DNA of 64,000 nt from Candidatus Eiseniibacteriota bacterium. GTDB lineage: Bacteria > Eisenbacteria > RBG-16-71-46 > JABDJR01 > JAWXBZ01. The notes under the pieces are model-generated. The model had not been told where the DNA came from, did not search any database, and was given only the letters and a program-made list of their open reading frames with translations. A program made the position numbers and the translations under genes. The first letter of the stretch is position 1, and the number at the start of each line of letters is the position of its first letter. Below, one piece after another: positions 20,203 to 29,259 of this stretch. Where the stretch lies: the NCBI GenBank assembly GCA_034440375.1, contig JAWXBZ010000235.1:29563-93562 (forward strand), given 5' to 3'.

Positions 20203-20685
20203 TCAACCTCTTGCGGTGGTCTCCGCCGGCAGCCTGGCCCGCCACTCCGCCGCCTGTCGCGGACGTCCTGTCTGTTCGTATATCGTCACGAACGACCGGA
20301 CGGCCTGCTTGATGCCGCGTCCCTCGGGATCCAGATGTACGATGATGGCGTAGGCTTCACGAAGCGGATCTTCGGCTTCGGCGTACCGCTTCATGGCCAC
20401 GAGCGCCTCGGCATAGGATTGAAGGATGACGCCCCGTCCGAAGAAACCGGTGGGAAGAACTTTTCGCGTGGTGACCGATGCCCGGCGCAGTATCAGTTCC
20501 GCTTCATCGAGCTTTCCCTGCTTGATGAGCAGGCGGCCCAGGTTGCTCATGGCCGGCAGCGTGTTCGGGTGCTCGTCGCCCAGCAACTGGCGGCTGACCT
20601 CATACCCTTCGCGATACAAGGGCTCGGCTTCGGCGCGTCGATCCGTCTGCATGTAGAGGACGGCCAGGTTGTTGATGGAGTCCAT
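20203..20685 (-). CDS. TPR_12-like (kinesin-light-chain-type) repeat protein; appears N-terminally truncated (a TPR unit continues upstream of the only canonical ATG, up to an in-frame stop at 20839-20841)
   Basis: Repeats (SINNLAVLYMQTDRRAEAEPLYREGYEVSRQLLGDEHPNTLPAMSNLGRLL...). Upstream in-frame translation ...HWQVGRYAEAESLCVRTLALRRKVLGNDHLDTM is still TPR-like but contains no ATG/GTG/TTG. Confidence 0.5.
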   Translation of the reverse strand: MDSINNLAVLYMQTDRRAEAEPLYREGYEVSRQLLGDEHPNTLPAMSNLGRLLIKQGKLDEAELILRRASVTTRKVLPTGFFGRGVILQSYAEALVAMKRYAEAEDPLREAYAIIVHLDPEGRGIKQAVRSFVTIYEQTGRPRQAAEWRARLPAETTARG

Positions 20686-20961
20686 CGTATCCAGGTGATC
20701 GTTGCCCAGGACCTTGCGGCGCAGCGCCAGCGTCCGGACGCAGAGCGATTCCGCCTCGGCATACCGCCCAACTTGCCAATGACCCGGTACGGGCCGATCG
20801 TTTCGCGGGTCCGGGTGGGGTCCGACGCATGATGTCTGTCAGGCTCTTGATCGGGCCGGATTCTATCAGGGGAGCGGCGGCGGCTGAACAGGTTGCCAGC
20901 CTGTTGCTATCATCCCGGCCGACCCGTCCGCTTGTTTCCATCTCCGGAGTCCTTTCGAATC

Positions 20962-22782
20962 ATGGCGTTGATCAGTCTGAACGACGTGTCCCTCAAGTTT
21001 GCCGGGCCCCTTCTGCTTGATCAGGTCAGTCTTCAGATCGACGAGGGGGAGCGGGTGGGGCTTCTGGGGCGGAACGGCGCCGGCAAGACGACACTGCTCA
21101 AGGTGCTGGAGGGCTCTCTGGCGCCGGATTCGGGCGACGTGGTGCGGCGGCCGGGCCTCCGCGTTGTCAGCCTGCAGCAGGATGTACCGCAGGGCCTGGT
21201 CGGCACCGTGGGGGTGTACCTGCATCATGTCTGCGGCGCCACGACCAGCGACATCTCCTGGGAGATCGAGCGCCGCATTGATCGGGCGGCCGTTGACCTG
21301 TCGCTGGATCTCGACGCCGACATCGACACGCTGTCGGTCGGCTCCAAGCGGCGTGTCCTCCTGGCCGCGGCGCTGGTGCGAGATCCGGACATCCTGATCC
21401 TGGACGAACCGACGAATCACCTGGATGTCGACGCGATCAGTCATCTCGAGGAGGCGCTGGCGCGCCGACGCGGAACGATCGTCTTCGTGACGCACGATCG
21501 GACCTTTCTCCAGAACCTGGCTACGCGCATCCTGGACTTGGATCGCGGCACGCTTCGCAGCTATCGGACGACTTATGACATCTATCTCGAGATGCGCGAA
21601 GCGGAGCGGGTGGTCGAAGCGGACCAGGGAGCTCTCTTCGACAAGCGGCTGGCACAGGAAGAGGCGTGGCTCAGGCAGGGCATCAAGGCGCGACGCACCC
21701 GGAACGAGGGGCGCGTCAAGGCGCTCGAATCGATGCGGGTCGAGCGCGGGGCCCGCCGCGGCGAGGTGGGGCGAGTCCGGGCCACTCTCCAGGAGGCCGA
21801 GAAGTCGGGACGCGTCGTGATCCGCTGCCGGGATTTGACGTTCGCCTACGACGGGATGCCCATTGTTGCCGGATTCACCGGGACGCTCCTTCGCGGCGAC
21901 CGCATCGGCATACTTGGGCCGAACGGTTGCGGCAAGACGACGCTGATCGACCTCCTTCTTGGCGACCTGGCACCGCAGGGAGGCACGGTGACCCCGGGCA
22001 CGAAACTCGAGGTGGCACACTTCGAGCAGTTGAGCGACTCGCTGGACGACTCGAAGAGTGTCGTCGACAACCTGGCGGAGGGGCGCGACACGATCACGGT
22101 GGGGGGTGTCGTCCGGCATGTCGTCGGCTACCTGCGCGATTTTCTCTTCAGCGGGGACCAGATCCAGGGCCCCGTCCAGAAACTTTCCGGTGGGGAGCGC
22201 AAGCGTCTCCAACTGGCCATGATCCTTTCCCGCCCGTGCAATGTTCTGGTGCTGGACGAACCGACAAACGACCTGGACCTCGAAACGCTCGAGTTGCTGG
22301 AGGAGATGCTGCTGGACTTCCAGGGGACGCTGCTGGTCGTCTCGCACGACCGGACCTTTCTGGACAACGTCGTCACTTCCACGCTGGTCTGGGAGGGAAA
22401 TGGCGAGTGGAGTGAGTATGCCGGGGGGTACGCGGATTGGTTGCGCCAGCGGAAGGAGGTTGGGTCGGCGTCGGGATCGAAACCAGCCAAGGCCTCACCG
22501 AAGCCATCCAGGCCGTCACCGGATCAAGTCCGCACCTTGAAACCGCGCCGCACCTCGTTCAAGGAAAAGCGGGAGCTCGAGGAATTGCCCGGCCGGATCG
22601 AGCGGTTCGAGGCCGAGAAGCAGAGCCTCTTTGACCGGATGGCCTCCCCCGATTACTACACGATGAAGGGAGACCAGGTGGCCGAAACGAAGCAACAGCT
22701 GGCCGCGGTGGAGGAGGAACTTCACCGGGCCTATGAGCGCTGGCAGGAACTGGAATCGTTGGTGACGGGGGAGGAGGGATAG
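20962..22782 (+). CDS. uup: ABC-F family ATPase Uup-like (two ABC cassettes plus C-terminal coiled-coil domain)
   Basis: Two Walker A motifs (GRNGAGKTTLL; GPNGCGKTTLI). Two ABC signatures (LSVGSKRRVLLAAAL; LSGGERKRLQLAMIL). C-terminal charged coiled-coil. ATG at 20962. Confidence 0.85.
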   Translation: MALISLNDVSLKFAGPLLLDQVSLQIDEGERVGLLGRNGAGKTTLLKVLEGSLAPDSGDVVRRPGLRVVSLQQDVPQGLVGTVGVYLHHVCGATTSDISWEIERRIDRAAVDLSLDLDADIDTLSVGSKRRVLLAAALVRDPDILILDEPTNHLDVDAISHLEEALARRRGTIVFVTHDRTFLQNLATRILDLDRGTLRSYRTTYDIYLEMREAERVVEADQGALFDKRLAQEEAWLRQGIKARRTRNEGRVKALESMRVERGARRGEVGRVRATLQEAEKSGRVVIRCRDLTFAYDGMPIVAGFTGTLLRGDRIGILGPNGCGKTTLIDLLLGDLAPQGGTVTPGTKLEVAHFEQLSDSLDDSKSVVDNLAEGRDTITVGGVVRHVVGYLRDFLFSGDQIQGPVQKLSGGERKRLQLAMILSRPCNVLVLDEPTNDLDLETLELLEEMLLDFQGTLLVVSHDRTFLDNVVTSTLVWEGNGEWSEYAGGYADWLRQRKEVGSASGSKPAKASPKPSRPSPDQVRTLKPRRTSFKEKRELEELPGRIERFEAEKQSLFDRMASPDYYTMKGDQVAETKQQLAAVEEELHRAYERWQELESLVTGEEG

Positions 22783-23012
22783 ATGCACCTTTCGGACCGT
22801 TTGGTATCTCATTGATAGGCAGCGAATTATCCGGCATCGCGTCAGAATGGCTTCACACCGACTCGCAGCGGTGCCGGTTGCTTCGCATGTTTGGGTGCGA
22901 TTTGAGTTAGACATAACTGACAAGACTCGGTCCAGACCGAGTTACCGGGCCTCGTTTCGGACGGGCACGGCTGACTTCCGACGATCGAGTGCCGTTGCCG
23001 CTTCCAACGTCT

Positions 23013-23558
23013 TCAGCCGTTCGGCAGCGAGAAGGGCGCGATGACCCCCGTGAGCGTCTCGTCGCCGAGCGCCACGTAGAGCTGCCGGTCGGAGACGGTC
23101 AGGTCGAGGATCATCCGGCGCCCCAACCGTTGCACCAGGGCCGCCACCAGTTCCCGATCGACGGCGTACAACTCCAGCTCATCCCCGCGATGGATGCGTT
23201 CGCCCGTGAGGTGCCGGACGAGGAGGGAGGGGTCCTTGTGCGTGTACACGGCCACCCGCGGCGACAGCTTGCCGGCCTTGTGCAGGCGCGCCGCATCCGG
23301 AACGCCGATCTCGATCCACGACTGGATGGTTCCGGTCATGTCCCGCACCGACAGCGCCGGCTCCTCCGGCTCGGACAGTCCTTTCGAGAAGGCGATCCCG
23401 TCGGTGTATTCAAGGCAGTAGGCCAGGACGCGCGTGATTAGATATTCCTCCGACTCGGATGGGTGGCGCGCCACCCGAAGCGCCAGCGATTCGTAGCAAC
23501 CGCGGTCGACGTCGGACAGTGAAATCTCGAAGGTGTGGATCGTGGCGGTCAACGCCAT
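23013..23558 (-). CDS. yaeQ: YaeQ family protein
   Basis: MALTATIHTFEISLSDVDRGCYESLALRVARHPSESEEY matches the conserved YaeQ N-terminus. About 180 aa. Confidence 0.75.
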   Translation of the reverse strand: MALTATIHTFEISLSDVDRGCYESLALRVARHPSESEEYLITRVLAYCLEYTDGIAFSKGLSEPEEPALSVRDMTGTIQSWIEIGVPDAARLHKAGKLSPRVAVYTHKDPSLLVRHLTGERIHRGDELELYAVDRELVAALVQRLGRRMILDLTVSDRQLYVALGDETLTGVIAPFSLPNG

Positions 23559-23576
23559 GTCGATCCCATCATTGAA

Positions 23577-24191
23577 TCAGATGATCCGCACCACCGTCGC
23601 GGTGCCATCGAAGCGAACCGGCAGATGTCCATCCTGGAAGGCATAATAGGCGAGCCCGGCCCGCGCCATGAGGAGGACGTCCTGGCCGATCGCCTTGGGC
23701 CACAATGAATAGGTACGACTGAGCATTCCCGGCTCCGTGTCGCCGCGGAAGTTGATGCAGATCGGGCATCGGGTCGTGGTGGCGAAAGTCGCCATTGCGT
23801 CGCCGCAGGCCGTCGCCGGCCAGATGTGGATGATGTCAGGCCCGGCACCCAGAATGATGACAGCATGCAGGCCGTCGCCGGCATACCCGACCGGGTGGTA
23901 GGAGTGGAGGCTCGCTTCATAAGCTGCTGGGTAGTCGTCGCAGAGGCACGGGGTGGCGCTGCAATCGGTGACCGCGGTGGGGACCCCTGTCCCGATTCCC
24001 TGCAGGGGGCGCTGTGGCGCCACCAGTTGCTCCCCATGGCCGCAACCGATGAGGACGAGGAGGCCAATGCTCCAGTGTCGCAGGAGCAGGCCAATGCTCG
24101 GGTGTAAGAGGGCCACGGATCTTCCCCCCGGAGGATCTCCGGCCGATCGGCGTGATCGGCCCGCTGGTATACATCGCAAGAATCGGACCAC
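23577..24191 (-). CDS. hypothetical Cys-rich protein, possibly exported (hydrophobic N-terminal segment); frame choice uncertain
   Basis: One of three overlapping minus-strand ORFs. This frame has a signal-like segment (LLLRHWSIGLLVLIGCGHG) and about 75% GC3 where sampled. Confidence 0.25.
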   Translation of the reverse strand: MVRFLRCIPAGRSRRSAGDPPGGRSVALLHPSIGLLLRHWSIGLLVLIGCGHGEQLVAPQRPLQGIGTGVPTAVTDCSATPCLCDDYPAAYEASLHSYHPVGYAGDGLHAVIILGAGPDIIHIWPATACGDAMATFATTTRCPICINFRGDTEPGMLSRTYSLWPKAIGQDVLLMARAGLAYYAFQDGHLPVRFDGTATVVRII

Positions 24192-24331
24192 CGAAAGTTA
24201 GAATGCCGAGGCCGTGGAAGGGCACCGCGCGCGTCCAGCGGGTAAGGATGGGGTGATGCCGGGGAGGGAGCCGATCAGAATGACAGGCCACCCCGCCAGC
24301 GGGGTGTGTCATCTCTTCCGACCGCCGATCC

Positions 24332-26089
24332 TTAGCGATCCTGCAACTCCGGCACCGGCATGACCTCCGTGGATGGCAGGAGGCCGATTTCGGCGCTGGT
24401 CCAGAGCATCCGGTCGTAGCTGTTGGTCCGGTTGGGTCCCGGTGCGATGGCCACGGTGGTATTGAGAATCATGACCGAGTGGGAGACGCGGGTCGGCAGC
24501 GTGACGGAGGGCAGAAGTCGCTCGGGCATCCGGATCTTGATTCCCGCTTCGCCGAGCGCCTTGAGCTTTTGGATAACGCCGTCCGGGTCGAGCAACATGC
24601 CGCAGCGCGACAGTCGATCCTGCGTGGCCAGGCTGGCCCGAACCGCCGCCCATGAGTCATCCGTGAGCGTCATGGCGATGGGGTGGCGGTCCCGTCGGAG
24701 ACTCGTTCGAAGGGAGATTCCCCCGGGAGTGTCGACCAGGCTGACCACCCCGGCAAGGCCATGATCCTGCGGCAGGACTCGGGCGGCCACATGGACCGTG
24801 TCACGAAATCCGTGGCAGAGGATCGAGATCAACTTTTTCGGTTTCCAGGCGAAATCAAAGGTCATTCGGCCGCTCCCCGATTCAATATGGGTCGGCACGC
24901 GGAGTGAGATAATGCCCTCCTGGCCCACGTCGACCCGGGGTCGGCCGGCCCTGAGGATGCCGCGCAGCCCTTCGACCTGGAGGTTGATCGACCAGCCGCC
25001 GGCGTTGATCCTGCCGATGGGCGTCCCGACCCGGAGCGAACCGGTTTCCTCCTCCTGGATGGCGGCTTCCATGTCGACCTCGACCCGGTCCAGGTAGCGT
25101 GTTGCCACCTGCTCCAACATGGCGTCGAGCAATCCTTCGCTGGTGCCGACGGTCACGCCGGCCTTGTCGGTCATCATTTTCTGGAGGACGAGGTCCTGCC
25201 GGAAGCGATAATCGAGGCTGTCACGCAGCGCGGTTTCCTGATCGACGGAGGGAGCCGCCCGGCGCTTCAAGGCTTGTTTCACCGGCCGGGTGGCCCGGAC
25301 TCGGCCCACGGACGCCGCGCTGCGGGCGGCGGCCGAATCGAGTCGGTCGGCACTCAGGAGTTGGACCGGAATCCAGAGACGATCAAAGAGGGCCACCGGT
25401 GCGCCAACCGACACATCGAGCGGAATTGAGGCCGGCTCAATCTTGACGGGCAGATCGAGTTTTTCGTCCGACGCCAGATCGGGCAGCGCCAACCGATCGG
25501 CCACCCGGATCGGAATTTCAATCTCGTAATTTACCCCTTCGAAGTTTCGTGCCCCGAGTCGGGCGAGGTCGCTGATGAAGCCGCGCCATCCGACGGGCTT
25601 GACGCCGGTCGGCTGCGATTCAACGGCGAGCACCCGGGAGCGCGCCCGGAGAATTCCGTCGGCAGCCTCGAAGCTGATCGACTCGATGACTCCCTCGACC
25701 TGAACGGTCATGGTGGGCGCGGGCGCGGGGCGTCCGGAGCCATCGGTTGGGCCGGCCGTGCCGCTCAGGTGCAGGAGGGGGAGGCCGTCATTGAACTCAA
25801 CCTGTACCGCCTCCAACCGGACGAGAAGCTGTCCCTTGACAACCTGCTCGAATGGTAGTGCGGCCGCAAGAAGCCGCTGGATCACTTCCTCGTGGATGAC
25901 CAGCAGCGATTGATCGCGATCGATGAGTTGGCTCGCGGCCGGGCGGGCCAGGAGTTCCTGCATCGCTTCGATCCGTTTTGCGGCGAGTACGGTTTCGCGC
26001 GGTTCGTCCCGCCGGAATCGGGCGCAACCCATGAAGCACAGCGACAACGCGCAGAACACCAGGAGGACGCGTCCGGCGTGCCGATTCAA
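24332..26089 (-). CDS. large hypothetical lipoprotein (585 aa)
   Basis: Lipoprotein-like signal MNRHAGRVLLVFCALSLCFMGC. Long ORF with coding-like composition. No recognisable family. Confidence 0.5.
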   Translation of the reverse strand: MNRHAGRVLLVFCALSLCFMGCARFRRDEPRETVLAAKRIEAMQELLARPAASQLIDRDQSLLVIHEEVIQRLLAAALPFEQVVKGQLLVRLEAVQVEFNDGLPLLHLSGTAGPTDGSGRPAPAPTMTVQVEGVIESISFEAADGILRARSRVLAVESQPTGVKPVGWRGFISDLARLGARNFEGVNYEIEIPIRVADRLALPDLASDEKLDLPVKIEPASIPLDVSVGAPVALFDRLWIPVQLLSADRLDSAAARSAASVGRVRATRPVKQALKRRAAPSVDQETALRDSLDYRFRQDLVLQKMMTDKAGVTVGTSEGLLDAMLEQVATRYLDRVEVDMEAAIQEEETGSLRVGTPIGRINAGGWSINLQVEGLRGILRAGRPRVDVGQEGIISLRVPTHIESGSGRMTFDFAWKPKKLISILCHGFRDTVHVAARVLPQDHGLAGVVSLVDTPGGISLRTSLRRDRHPIAMTLTDDSWAAVRASLATQDRLSRCGMLLDPDGVIQKLKALGEAGIKIRMPERLLPSVTLPTRVSHSVMILNTTVAIAPGPNRTNSYDRMLWTSAEIGLLPSTEVMPVPELQDR

Positions 26090-26093
26090 TTGA

Positions 26094-26789
26094 TCAATCC
26101 ACCAGTCGCGCGGACTGAATGTAGTCGAGCCTTGGAAAACCGTCGATCAAGTAGGCATTTCCTTCCGTCTGGATGCGTCCCTGGTCGGGGCCAAGCCCTC
26201 TTGGCATGCCCTCACCATACCCCTTGTAGAGTCGATCGACGACCTCCATGCCGATCGCCACCTGCCCGAACGGCGTGAAACCCTGAGAGTCGATCGCGGC
26301 GTTGTCCTTGAGGTTGATGAAGAGCTGGGTCGTTCGGCTGTCGGGCGCTCCTGTTTTGGAGAAGGTGATGTAGCCGCGCTTGTTGCTCTGCCGGTCGGCC
26401 CCCGCGGGCGTGTCATCCGGGATGGTGGCCTCTCGCCAGTGGCGCTGGATGATCGGGTCGCCGTTGATTCCGAACTGGGCCACGAAGTTTTCAATTACAC
26501 GGAAAAAACGGACATCGTCATAGTATCCGTGCTTCACCAGATTGTAAAAGCGATCGGCACCGCTCGGCGACCAGGCCCGGGTTACCAGGACGGTGAATCT
26601 CCCCTGGCTGGTCGTGACATGAACCGCGAAGATTGCCGGAGCCCGGTCGGTCAGCTGCGACGGATCGATCAACAGGCTCCGGTCGACCTTCATCGATTCG
26701 GTGGGGGAGTCCGACTGGCAGCCGAAGCCCGAGTTCATGCCAAGGACAAGCAGTAACAGAAGGGTGATCCCGCGCCGGCCGGGCAACAT
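26094..26789 (-). CDS. Cyclophilin-type PPIase, lipoprotein signal (paralog A)
   Basis: MLPGRRGITLLLLLVLGMNSGFGC signal. Cyclophilin core (RAWSPSGADRFYNLVKHGYYDDVRFFRVIENFVAQFGINGDP...FGQVAIGMEVVDRLYKGYGEG). TGATG overlap with the upstream gene. Confidence 0.85.
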   Translation of the reverse strand: MLPGRRGITLLLLLVLGMNSGFGCQSDSPTESMKVDRSLLIDPSQLTDRAPAIFAVHVTTSQGRFTVLVTRAWSPSGADRFYNLVKHGYYDDVRFFRVIENFVAQFGINGDPIIQRHWREATIPDDTPAGADRQSNKRGYITFSKTGAPDSRTTQLFINLKDNAAIDSQGFTPFGQVAIGMEVVDRLYKGYGEGMPRGLGPDQGRIQTEGNAYLIDGFPRLDYIQSARLVD

Positions 26790-27760
26790 CACCCCGGCGC
26801 GATGGCGTCCAGCGCCCGCTTCATTTCTGCGCGGATGGCAGCGTCCGCACCGGCGGGCCAGGCCGACGGATCGTCGCGGATGAAGGTGGTCAGGTCGTTT
26901 CGGTTGTCGAAACGGGTGACCGGGAGGTGATAGCTCTTGCCCCGCGTGTCGACCCGAACGGTACCCGGCTCGCCGCTCGTCTCGATCAGGTGCGCCATGT
27001 CGTCGGTGCCGTAGTCGCCGAGCATGACCTTGATGGGGACGCCGTGGTGAAGGATGGAGGCGTCGCCGTCGCGGCCGGGTTTGGCGCGCTCCTCGTTCTT
27101 GCGGCGCGATTCCTCGGGCGTGACCCAGATATAGAGAATGGCGGCCCGGCCGAGGATATGGTCCGACAGGCGCCCGAAGCTGTACTGATACCCGTACGGC
27201 GGGGTCAGCGGCATCGAGGAATTCTGGGGGCCGCCGCGCGCAAATTCGATGACGATCGTCCTCCCCTCGAGCGAATCGGGTATGCCGGCCATTTTGTCGT
27301 TCAAGAGTTGTCGCGCCTCGGGTTCCAGCGCGGACTCGAGACGCTTCCGCAACTCCGGGGGCAGCTTGCCGAGTGCCGGTTCCGCCCCGACCTTGATGCG
27401 AGCCGCGTCCAGTCGGTCCAGCAGCCACCCGGCGGCGGATGGCGGGTTGATCGCGGGCCTGGCGTGGAGGTCCTCGTAGTCCTCGTTAATCAGCTCGATC
27501 AACGTACCCCAGTCGAGCGACTCCTGAAACGGCTCCAGCCCCGATGGAAAGAAGATTGGGTCGTGGCCGGCGTGAGTCAGTTCCTCCGAGATGCGCCGCA
27601 TCATGTGGACGTACGGGTAGTCGTCGAGCTGGACCGTTTCGCCCATGTGAAAATCCCGCGACTGGGACACAAAGTCCTGCATCGCCAGCCACCGCCGGAC
27701 CTCGGACTTACCCGAGGCCGGCAGGGCTGTCAGCAGCAATGTGTCGAAATTTCGACTCAC
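26789..27760 (-). CDS. P-loop protein with 6-phosphofructo-2-kinase-like Walker A (ALPASGKS); predicted kinase, function unknown
   Basis: N-terminal LLLTALPASGKSEVRRWL resembles the 6PF2K/AAA_33 P-loop (GLPARGKT). No other motifs recognised. Translationally coupled to the downstream cyclophilin. Confidence 0.35.
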   Translation of the reverse strand: MSRNFDTLLLTALPASGKSEVRRWLAMQDFVSQSRDFHMGETVQLDDYPYVHMMRRISEELTHAGHDPIFFPSGLEPFQESLDWGTLIELINEDYEDLHARPAINPPSAAGWLLDRLDAARIKVGAEPALGKLPPELRKRLESALEPEARQLLNDKMAGIPDSLEGRTIVIEFARGGPQNSSMPLTPPYGYQYSFGRLSDHILGRAAILYIWVTPEESRRKNEERAKPGRDGDASILHHGVPIKVMLGDYGTDDMAHLIETSGEPGTVRVDTRGKSYHLPVTRFDNRNDLTTFIRDDPSAWPAGADAAIRAEMKRALDAIAPG

Positions 27761-27786
27761 GCCTGGCTTCTCCCGATGGGGGGGTA

Positions 27787-28503
27787 CTACTTTGAGATGC
27801 GAGCGGTTTTGATGTAGTCCATCTTCGGGAAGTCCTTGTTCAGGTAGGCATTCCCTTCCGCCTGGAGGCGTCCCTGATCGGGGCCCTGGCCGCGCGGTGC
27901 ACCTTCGCCATATCCCTTGTAGAGCTTGTCGACGACTTCCATGCCGCTGGTCACCTGCCCGAACGGCGTGAAACCCTGCGAGTCGAGCATGGAGTTGTCC
28001 TTGAAGTTGATGAAGAGCTGTGTGGAGCGGCTGTCGGGAGCGCCGGTCTTGGCGAAGGTCAGGAAACCACGCTTGTTGCTCTGCTTGTTCGGCGCGGTCG
28101 GGGCGTCATCCTTGATGCTGGCCTCGCGCCAATGTCCCTGGAGGGTCGGGTCGCCGTTGATGCCAAACTGGGCCATGAAGTTCTCGATGACACGGAAAAA
28201 GCGGATATCGTCGTAGAAGCCGTTCTTCACCAGGTTGTAGAAACGGTCGGCGCCGTTGGGCGACCAGGCCCTTGTTACGGAAACGGTGAAATTGCCCTGG
28301 CTGGTGACGAAATCGGCCTTGAAGGTGGCCGGGGCCTGCTCGCTGCACTTCGATGGATCCGTCAGCATGCTCTTGTCGATCTCCTTGGACTTCGAGGTCT
28401 TCGGCTGGGAAGCCGGGGGTGCGGCCGCGTAGGTCACGCAGGCAGCCGTGACGAGCAGGGCGGTTGACAGCGCGAGCCGGGTGGCGAATCGAATACGGGA
28501 CAT
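27787..28503 (-). CDS. Cyclophilin-type PPIase, Sec signal (paralog B, about 75% identical to paralog A)
   Basis: GAGGAG lies 7 nt before ATG 28503. Signal MSRIRFATRLALSTALLVTAACVTYAAA. Core RAWSPNGADRFYNLVKNGFYDDIRFFRVIENFMAQFGINGDP...FGQVTSGMEVVDKLYKGYGEG. Confidence 0.85.
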   Translation of the reverse strand: MSRIRFATRLALSTALLVTAACVTYAAAPPASQPKTSKSKEIDKSMLTDPSKCSEQAPATFKADFVTSQGNFTVSVTRAWSPNGADRFYNLVKNGFYDDIRFFRVIENFMAQFGINGDPTLQGHWREASIKDDAPTAPNKQSNKRGFLTFAKTGAPDSRSTQLFINFKDNSMLDSQGFTPFGQVTSGMEVVDKLYKGYGEGAPRGQGPDQGRLQAEGNAYLNKDFPKMDYIKTARISK

Positions 28504-28652
28504 CGGCATACTCCTCGGCCAAATGGCCGGATAGGGAAATTGTTGGACGAGACGAAGCCGGGGAAGACTACCCCAGCGTGCGGTCCGGTGGTACCCCCTG
28601 GAGCCCCGAAAGGTTTCGGGCAAACGTCGGTTTCGGGAGGCCCCGGGAGCGA

Positions 28653-29234
28653 TCAGCCGGTCCTGGGGGGCATGGCGTCGAGGAGCGCTCGAAAGTCGAC
28701 CCGGCCGCGATTTCTGGCCTGCAGGACGTCCGCCAGCGCCGTCGAGAGGCCGGTCGCGCCGGACTTGTCCGACACGTGGACAGTCGGGGTGGAAGGCGTA
28801 AGAATCACCCCGGCCCCCACACGGGCGCCGGCCTCATCGCGGCACCGGACAAGCCGTCCGGGGGCGCGCCCCTCACAGGCCAGGAAGAGTCCGGCGTCGG
28901 GTTCGTAGCCGTCTGGAACGGTCATGCGCAGCGAAAAGCTCAGGATGGAAGCCGCTTCGAGCCACGCGTGCAGGTCCGGCGTAGCCGGACCGACCCAGGC
29001 CACGGTCAGGTCCTCGAGAGAGTGGCCATCCTGGCGCAACTGGTGAAGTGATCGAAGCACACTCCACGACTCGTCGCTGAGCCGATGGCTGGCAGTTGTC
29101 ACTTCGGCGTCCGACACCGCCGGGTCGAGGTGACGCGGTGCGCCTCCGTCGAGTTCGTCGGCGCGATCGAACAGGCCGAGAATCTCCTCGCGAGAAAAAT
29201 CGGCCAGGCAGAGCTCAAGGCTGGATCGGGTCAT
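28653..29234 (-). pseudogene. argF: Ornithine carbamoyltransferase (ArgF)-derived ORF with a roughly 110-residue internal deletion; lacks the STRTR carbamoyl-phosphate motif and the HCLP motif, so it is a degenerate/pseudo-enzyme
   Basis: N-terminus SLELCLADFSREEILGLFDRADEL matches OTCase (FLSFMDYSPEELIGLIRRGSEL). Segment LTVAWVGPATPDLHAWLEAASILSFSLRMTVPDGYEPDAGLF matches [41 protein letters not shown]. Only 193 aa, where OTCases are about 310 aa. It sits at the end of the arg operon. Confidence 0.6.
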
Positions 29235-29259
29235 GGCGTCACTCTCCTTTCAAGACCGG

